NCBI GenBank assembly: GCA_043797125.1
Contig: JAZDPX010000038.1
Span: 4,071 to 68,070, forward strand
Direction: 5' to 3'
DNA from: Candidatus Omnitrophota bacterium
Lineage (GTDB): Bacteria > Omnitrophota > Gorgyraeia > JABMRG01 > JAFGKX01
DNA length: 64,000 nucleotides
Shown: piece after piece, positions 58,978 to 64,000 of the stretch
How the letters are laid out: each line of letters begins with the position of its first letter
Numbering within the stretch: the stretch's first letter is position 1
Program-made: the position numbers and the translations under genes
The notes under the pieces: model-generated
What the model saw: only the letters and a program-made list of their open reading frames with translations
The model's database searches: none
Told to the model about the DNA's origin: nothing

Positions 58978-59050
58978 CCCGCACCTTTTTTTATTCATCC
59001 TGCACCCTTTTAGACATCTCCATTGAATGTTTAAAAGGTGCGGGATTCAT
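58975..59050 (-). promoter_or_regulatory. Perfect inverted repeat that sequesters the pgpA RBS and start codon (AAAAGGTGCGGGATGAA paired with TTCATCCCGCACCTTTT).
   Basis: Copies lie at 58975..58994 and 59031..59050 in opposite orientation, with a 36-nt spacer that contains a degenerate third copy. Confidence 0.55.
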
Positions 59051-59628
59051 TTTAGCGATTTCAGGTTATCCTTAAGAAAAAATATCCCCGATGTCAATGT
59101 TAATAACACAGTTACAAGCATCATTATATATATGGCCTCGTGCATAAAATAATCTATTCCCGCATTCCACCAGTTAAAGCTAAAGATGTGTTCGCCTAGC
59201 TGCGTAATCGTAAGGTAAATTAAAACAACAAATATAGATGTCATCTGCGAAACTGTTTTGTGCTTGCCGGCTTTTGCAGCGGGTATCACCTTCTTTTTGC
59301 TTAGCAATGTAATTCTCATCCCCGTAATAACCAACTCTCTTAAAATTATTATTACAACCATCCACGCGGGGACTATCCCAAGCTGAACAAAGCTTAAAAA
59401 AGCAGACAATATCAGCACCTTATCCGCAACAGGGTCCATCAATTTGCCAAAATCCGTAACAACTTTAAGCTCTCTTGCCAATTTACCGTCGTAATAATCT
59501 GTTAATGACGCTAGAAAAAATGCAAAAAGCGCGCACAGGTTCGCATAAGGCCATTTTAAAAACAAGAAAAACATAAAAATAAAGCTTAAGCCTATGCGCG
59601 ATAATGTCAGTTTATTAGGTAAATTCAT
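59047..59628 (-). CDS. pgsA: CDP-diacylglycerol--glycerol-3-phosphate 3-phosphatidyltransferase (CDP-alcohol phosphatidyltransferase paralog 2).
   Basis: DYYDGKLARELKVVTDFGKLMDPVADK is the CDP-OH transferase motif. It lies adjacent to pgpA. Confidence 0.8.
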   Translation of the reverse strand: MNLPNKLTLSRIGLSFIFMFFLFLKWPYANLCALFAFFLASLTDYYDGKLARELKVVTDFGKLMDPVADKVLILSAFLSFVQLGIVPAWMVVIIILRELVITGMRITLLSKKKVIPAAKAGKHKTVSQMTSIFVVLIYLTITQLGEHIFSFNWWNAGIDYFMHEAIYIMMLVTVLLTLTSGIFFLKDNLKSLK

Positions 59629-59725
59629 CCCGCACCTTTTTCTATTCTATCTTTTATATCCATAAAATTATTGTTATTCATTTTGGTTTTTGATTTTGAA
59701 TGCTAGAAAGGTGCGGGATTCATTT
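59622..59725 (-). promoter_or_regulatory. Second perfect inverted repeat of the same 19-mer, sequestering the pgsA RBS and start codon.
   Basis: Copies lie at 59622..59645 and 59703..59725, giving the mRNA a 5' anti-sequence, a 57-nt loop and then aaaaaGGTGcgggATG. Confidence 0.55.
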
Positions 59726-61052
59726 AAACCGGCTCTCCAGTTAAATCATATTCCATTGTATCTGTTATTTTCACCTTTAGAAATTCGCCCGGCTTAGCCT
59801 GTTTTGCCTTAACATATACGACTCCGTCAACTTCAGGCGCGTCGTATTGGCTTCTGGCTATGTAAAAACTATCCTTGTCTTTTTCATCGATTAAAACTTC
59901 CAGCGTTTTACCCAGCCAGCGCTTATTGACATCTTCTGAAATCTCTTGCTGTGTTTTCATTATAGCATCCAGCCTTTGCCTTTTTATTGAACCCGTAATT
60001 TGCTTTTTGTAATTATAAGCGGGGGTCTTTTCCTCCCTCGAATAAATAAAGGCTCCCAATCTCTCAAATTTTACTTCCTTAATAAAATCAAGAAGCTGGA
60101 TAAATTCCGCATCAGTCTCTCCGGGAAAACCCACGATGACGGATGTTCTCAAAACAACGCCCGGTATTCTTTTACGGATCTTATTTATTAGGGATTCAAT
60201 TTGAACCTTTGTTGTTCTGCGGTTCATCTTTTCTAATATTGTATCGCTAATATGTTGTATTGGCAAATCAATATATTTACATACGGCGTTTTCATTTTTT
60301 ATAACATCCATCAGCTCGTCTGTAAAATGCCGCGGATGGGTGTAAAGAAGCCTTATCCAGTGCGCTTTTTTTAACGCCGCGATTTTTTTAAGCAAATCAG
60401 TTAATTTGTATTTTCCATAAATATCGCTGCCGTATGAGGTGGTGTCCTGCGCTATGATATTTAGTTCTGAAATTTCACTTTTGGCGGTTATACTTTCAAT
60501 TTCTTTAATTATTGAATCCATAGGCCTGCTTCTGTAGTTTCCCCTGATTTTATAGATAGCGCAATATGAACATCTGTTGTTACAGCCTTCGGCTATCTTT
60601 ATGTATGTTGAATATGAAGGCGTTAGCGACAGGCGTGGAAATTTATGTGTATATATTTTTGTGGGTTCGCTTACGTAAGTGGCTTTTTTGTTTTTGAGTA
60701 CGGTAGAAACCGCGTCTGTAATTTTATCAAAATCAGATGTGCCCAAAAAGGCGTCCACTTCAGGAATCTTTTTTTCCAGCGCCTTATGATATCTCTGCGC
60801 CAGGCAACCCGCGACAATTAAAAATTTAATCTTGCCTTCCTGCTTTAATTTGGCTGCCTGCAGGATTACATCTATTGCCTCTTGTTTTGCGTCTTCAATG
60901 AACGCGCAGGTGTTTATAAGGGCAATATCGCAATTTTCCGCGCTCATCTTTATTGTGTAGCCGGCTTTTTTTAAGGCCCCGAGCATTACTTCAGAATCAA
61001 CCATGTTGCGAGGGCAACCCAAGCTCACTATGCCAACTGTCGGGGTTTTCAT
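59724..61052 (-). CDS. rimO: Ribosomal protein S12 methylthiotransferase RimO (MiaB-family radical SAM).
   Basis: The N-terminus GIVSLGCPRNMVDSE is the MTTase motif. IAEGCNNRCSYCAI is the radical-SAM CX3CX2C, and a TRAM-like C-terminus is present. The start is MKTPTVG at 61052, preceded by TTGCTT-18-TATAAT. Confidence 0.8.
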   Translation of the reverse strand: MKTPTVGIVSLGCPRNMVDSEVMLGALKKAGYTIKMSAENCDIALINTCAFIEDAKQEAIDVILQAAKLKQEGKIKFLIVAGCLAQRYHKALEKKIPEVDAFLGTSDFDKITDAVSTVLKNKKATYVSEPTKIYTHKFPRLSLTPSYSTYIKIAEGCNNRCSYCAIYKIRGNYRSRPMDSIIKEIESITAKSEISELNIIAQDTTSYGSDIYGKYKLTDLLKKIAALKKAHWIRLLYTHPRHFTDELMDVIKNENAVCKYIDLPIQHISDTILEKMNRRTTKVQIESLINKIRKRIPGVVLRTSVIVGFPGETDAEFIQLLDFIKEVKFERLGAFIYSREEKTPAYNYKKQITGSIKRQRLDAIMKTQQEISEDVNKRWLGKTLEVLIDEKDKDSFYIARSQYDAPEVDGVVYVKAKQAKPGEFLKVKITDTMEYDLTGEPV

Positions 61053-61117
61053 GGTGGGTATTATAGCACTACAGAGGTATCTTAAGCAAGAATTATGCGC
61101 TTGAGGCTTAGTGATAT

Positions 61118-61158
61118 GAAGTGTCATTCCCATCCCCGCGAAAGCGGGGAAAGTGGGA
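61118..61158 (-). terminator. Nested hairpin (cattccca/tgggaatg around ccccgc-gaaa-gcgggg) downstream of the radical-SAM paralog.
   Basis: It belongs to the same sequence family as 57919..57948. Confidence 0.4.
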
Positions 61159-61166
61159 ATCCATGC

Positions 61167-62435
61167 TTAAGCACATTCAGATATAGCTGCATCTGTCTGG
61201 TTTAAGTCAAATTTTTCGTTTGCTTTTGTTCCATCGCTTATCCATGACATGGAATCTCGTATGATTTCATCAATGTCTAGATTTTCAATAAAAGAAATTA
61301 ATTTACCTCTTTTTTCGGCTTTTATCAAGCGATTTATAGTAACGTCGGGGTTGGCATAAGACATCCAATTAATAGAATCTGGATGAGATGCCAATAAAAC
61401 ATCTTTGATTCGGATCTCTTCATCCTGTTCAAGTCTTTCAATTGCCTTTTTCTGTATCTGATCGATTAACTTAATGGTCTCAGGCAAATCAGATAAAAAA
61501 TCTGTACTACGATTTATTATTGAGACATTGTCCCAGCAAAGGAAAAGTTCTTTAAACATTTTCATATATTCTCCAACCACCAGTATCAACCCTTCCTTAT
61601 TCATTTCAAGTATAGCTTCTTCAATTTCTGGCATATAAAGGTGAAAAGTAACCAATAGAAGAATATCTTTGTTTTTCGTCCACGATGAATTTAGTTGCCT
61701 TAACTGTCTGATTACCTCTCTGTGCTGCATAGCATTTTTATCAAACGGGGAATGTCCTGCTGTTCTTATAGTCCGTTTATAGGGTACAGAACGGTATTTA
61801 TACTCAAAATTAAGAACATTTACTATGTTAGCGGCGCTTATTTCATCATGATAATGCAAAACATCTTCTGCGCCGTTGTAATAATAAAGATCTATTGTTT
61901 CTTTGGATAACATAACTTGCGTATAAATTGAATAAGGCAAAGATTTAACCGGCCTTTTACCTCCAACATTACAAAACATACAATCGTTATCGCATCCTCT
62001 TAACAAATATATACTAAAAATACAATTTCCAGAAGAATCCAGCGCTAAAAATTCTGGATTTTTTTTAACATATTCCTCAGGCGATATAAATACGCAATTG
62101 CTGCCATCATTTACGCCGCCGTATTCCTTTGGTAAAACTAATTTTTCAACAGCTTGCGCATAGGTTAAGCCGATAAACTCTGATATGTCAAACCCGAGAT
62201 CATCAAATGTAACTTTGTTATGTTCTATGTTTCTGCTGATTTTTTTGCCATATTTGCTTAAAACGCAGATCTTGTCATAAGCGTCGAGCATTTTATGCAA
62301 ATCCTGCGCTGTTTTAATAACAGGCCTCTGCAAGTTCGCAAATGAAACAGGCCTTAGGGCATAGCTTTGTTGTGCGTTTTGCATTAAAAATGCGAGCGTA
62401 ATAATAAATATTATTAGTTTTGAATGATTTATCAT
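61167..62435 (-). CDS. Signal-peptide-bearing radical-SAM protein, paralog of the C-terminal half of the 1126-aa protein.
   Basis: The start MINHSKLIIFIITLAFLMQNAQQSYALRPVSF is at 62435; the track extends to 62504. LLRGCDNDCMFCNVGG is CX3CX2C with an aromatic residue before the third Cys. It shares the ...HxPFD region with the large protein. Confidence 0.7.
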   Translation of the reverse strand: MINHSKLIIFIITLAFLMQNAQQSYALRPVSFANLQRPVIKTAQDLHKMLDAYDKICVLSKYGKKISRNIEHNKVTFDDLGFDISEFIGLTYAQAVEKLVLPKEYGGVNDGSNCVFISPEEYVKKNPEFLALDSSGNCIFSIYLLRGCDNDCMFCNVGGKRPVKSLPYSIYTQVMLSKETIDLYYYNGAEDVLHYHDEISAANIVNVLNFEYKYRSVPYKRTIRTAGHSPFDKNAMQHREVIRQLRQLNSSWTKNKDILLLVTFHLYMPEIEEAILEMNKEGLILVVGEYMKMFKELFLCWDNVSIINRSTDFLSDLPETIKLIDQIQKKAIERLEQDEEIRIKDVLLASHPDSINWMSYANPDVTINRLIKAEKRGKLISFIENLDIDEIIRDSMSWISDGTKANEKFDLNQTDAAISECA

Positions 62436-62500
62436 AATGACATTTCTAACCAGGTTAGATGTTTTTATGCGCATGCGTCTAGCGATAACATAGCGCGCAA
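62436..62500 (-). promoter_or_regulatory. Conserved leader element with hairpin UCUAA-CCUGG-UUAGA upstream of the radical-SAM paralog; homologous element at 16686..16760.
   Basis: ...gctagacgcatgcgcataaaaacatctaacctggttagaaatgtcattATG aligns with ...gctctacgtcctgcagcagcaaaaaaacatgcatctaaccaggttaatctaaccttgttagaaatccgagaatgatATG upstream of the 1126-aa gene. Confidence 0.45.
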
Positions 62501-64000
62501 GCAAGGCGCATCAATCTTTTTTATTCTTTCGCCGGTGGCTATGTTAGGGTTTACTGGCAAAGCAGTGATAGCGGTTATTCCAGGTGCCAATTTTCCATTT
62601 ATGTAAACCTGCCTCCAATCATTATCTTCTTGCGGATCTTCCTTAAAACTCACCCTTAGGTCTGCATCTGGGAAACAGAGGTCTGTGTGCTGGGAAGCAA
62701 AGTAGTAATTGCCCTGTTTTAAGGCTGTATCTGTTACCGTGCCTCTTTTTGCCTGTTGGTCTCCTATGCCTATGTGCGGGCCTTGTTTTTCATCATGTGC
62801 TATAATATTAAGCAGTAGGCCGCTGCCCATTATGCCAAGTCCCACCTCAGATATAACCTCAAATTCTGGATTCTTTTTTAAGTACTCTCTGAATGCCGTA
62901 TTTTCTATTGAATTAATATCTATTAAGCCAACTGTAACTTCCACAGGCTTTTCAATATTTTCGTGCTTTACCATGCGAGTTCCCACCTTAATATGTAATA
63001 AAGTATCTTCTTCTGCGGTGTAATTTCCTCTGTGGCTTTGGATTTCTGTGCCTTTTTTTATCCAGATTTCTCCTTTGGCAGAAGATGGCGCTGTGTAAAC
63101 TTCACCGCCAATGTTACCCCACTTAGCTTTACTTTGCCTAATGTCTCCGAGACTTTGGACAAATCTTCTTTCTTCGGGGTTTATATTAATACGCAATGTT
63201 GCTGACTTTTCCCCTGAGCTATCATATGTTGTTAACTCAAATACCCTGGCGCCTTCAATATGTTTCATTAATTTTGCGGAAGTGTCTTTTAGTTCATCCA
63301 AACTGCGGCTTAGTAAACCCTCTATAGCATCCCTTTCAATCCAGGGGTTTTGTCCCGGCCCTGCGTTGGGAATTGCTGGATGAAGAACATGCGCTCTATC
63401 TTTTTCTGCAAACTCTTTTACTGCAATAATCCTTAACGCTTTATGTCCAACAAGATTAATTATATTAAACTCTTCGGGGGGCCTTGTATCAACGCCTAAT
63501 TCTTTTGCTTTTTCATTAATTAGCTTAAGTGCGTCTTCCTTGGATTTATTAGAAATGTTGACCAAAATGCTGTTCATTTTATTATCTGAGGCTTTCTGAG
63601 TTATGGCTCTAGCAAGAGCCATTTTATTCAGGCTGTCGCATAGGACTAAAACCGAGTGGCCTTTTTTCGCGCCTACTGCCATAAGAAGTTTATCAGCCAT
63701 TTCGCTGTTAGCCCTTTGTTGCGCGATGGGCGGGTTTTTCATCAATTCCTCGTTGTCAACGCAGAGCTCGCCCTCGTCCATTACGGTAATAAAGGTGCCG
63801 TCTTCCCTGTAAAGCTCGATACTAGGTTTGTTAAAAATCCAATCTATGTGGTTGTAGGTGCATTTATTATCAAAATTATTACCAAAGGCAAAATGGCAAG
63901 TGCCTCTTATCTTTTCATCCACTACAATAATTCCCATCTGCTGTGCTTTTTCATTCAAGCCAATGGCGAATTCTCCTATATGATAAGTATTTTTTACATA
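62465..64000 (-). CDS. Tandem-domain M29-family (aminopeptidase T/S-like) aminopeptidase. The 5' end runs off the window.
   Basis: The second domain has GGEVYTAPSSAKGEI, HIGIGD and ASQHTDLCFPDADLRV, which match the M29 motifs (TAP, HIA-G, SxxHxD). The first 60 aa in the window (HFAFGNN...NHIDWIF) match the C-terminal motifs of another M29 domain. The frame stays open to position 64000; the track start at 63958 is a TTG. Confidence 0.6.
   Translation of the reverse strand, partial: YVKNTYHIGEFAIGLNEKAQQMGIIVVDEKIRGTCHFAFGNNFDNKCTYNHIDWIFNKPSIELYREDGTFITVMDEGELCVDNEELMKNPPIAQQRANSEMADKLLMAVGAKKGHSVLVLCDSLNKMALARAITQKASDNKMNSILVNISNKSKEDALKLINEKAKELGVDTRPPEEFNIINLVGHKALRIIAVKEFAEKDRAHVLHPAIPNAGPGQNPWIERDAIEGLLSRSLDELKDTSAKLMKHIEGARVFELTTYDSSGEKSATLRININPEERRFVQSLGDIRQSKAKWGNIGGEVYTAPSSAKGEIWIKKGTEIQSHRGNYTAEEDTLLHIKVGTRMVKHENIEKPVEVTVGLIDINSIENTAFREYLKKNPEFEVISEVGLGIMGSGLLLNIIAHDEKQGPHIGIGDQQAKRGTVTDTALKQGNYYFASQHTDLCFPDADLRVSFKEDPQEDNDWRQVYINGKLAPGITAITALPVNPNIATGERIKKIDAPCLRAMLSLDACA

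Noticed and set aside
1-64000. Search for CRISPR arrays, tRNA and rRNA genes.
   Set aside because: I found no regularly spaced direct repeats with unique spacers. None of the intergenic regions examined has cloverleaf-like GC-rich segments of 70-90 nt, or rRNA-like segments.

Overview
This AT-rich (about 40% GC by eye) bacterial chromosomal segment is almost entirely transcribed on the minus strand. Read in the direction of transcription, it holds a long housekeeping cluster: alaS, hisD-hisB-hisA-hisI, trpE-G-D-C-F, htpX, an M20 peptidase, trpB-A, a GDP-mannose pyrophosphorylase, ruvX, an M16 peptidase, a PGM/PMM-family mutase, lepA, lepB, a CDP-alcohol phosphatidyltransferase, der, plsY, plus recA, cinA, thpR, pgpA, pgsA and rimO. 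A more accessory-looking left half sits beside it. It carries a translationally coupled ClpA-like ATPase / 2021-aa alpha-2-macroglobulin / secreted HDAC-like hydrolase operon, an AbiEi/AbiEii toxin-antitoxin pair, and a paralogous family of signal-peptide-bearing proteins that share the N-terminal motif QQ-x-[FY]-A-L-R-P. Two of these proteins carry radical-SAM CX3CX2C motifs; one is a 1126-aa HAD / P-loop / radical-SAM fusion, and one sits beside a tandem M29 aminopeptidase. The intergenic DNA is rich in structured repeats. These include a REP-like palindrome family with a compensatory variant, two long GC-rich hairpin elements of about 200 nt (candidate ncRNA or MITE), perfect hairpins that sequester the RBS of pgpA and pgsA, a conserved leader hairpin upstream of the two radical-SAM genes, and repeat arrays upstream of recA and of a small secreted-protein operon. 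I found no rRNA, tRNA or CRISPR array.
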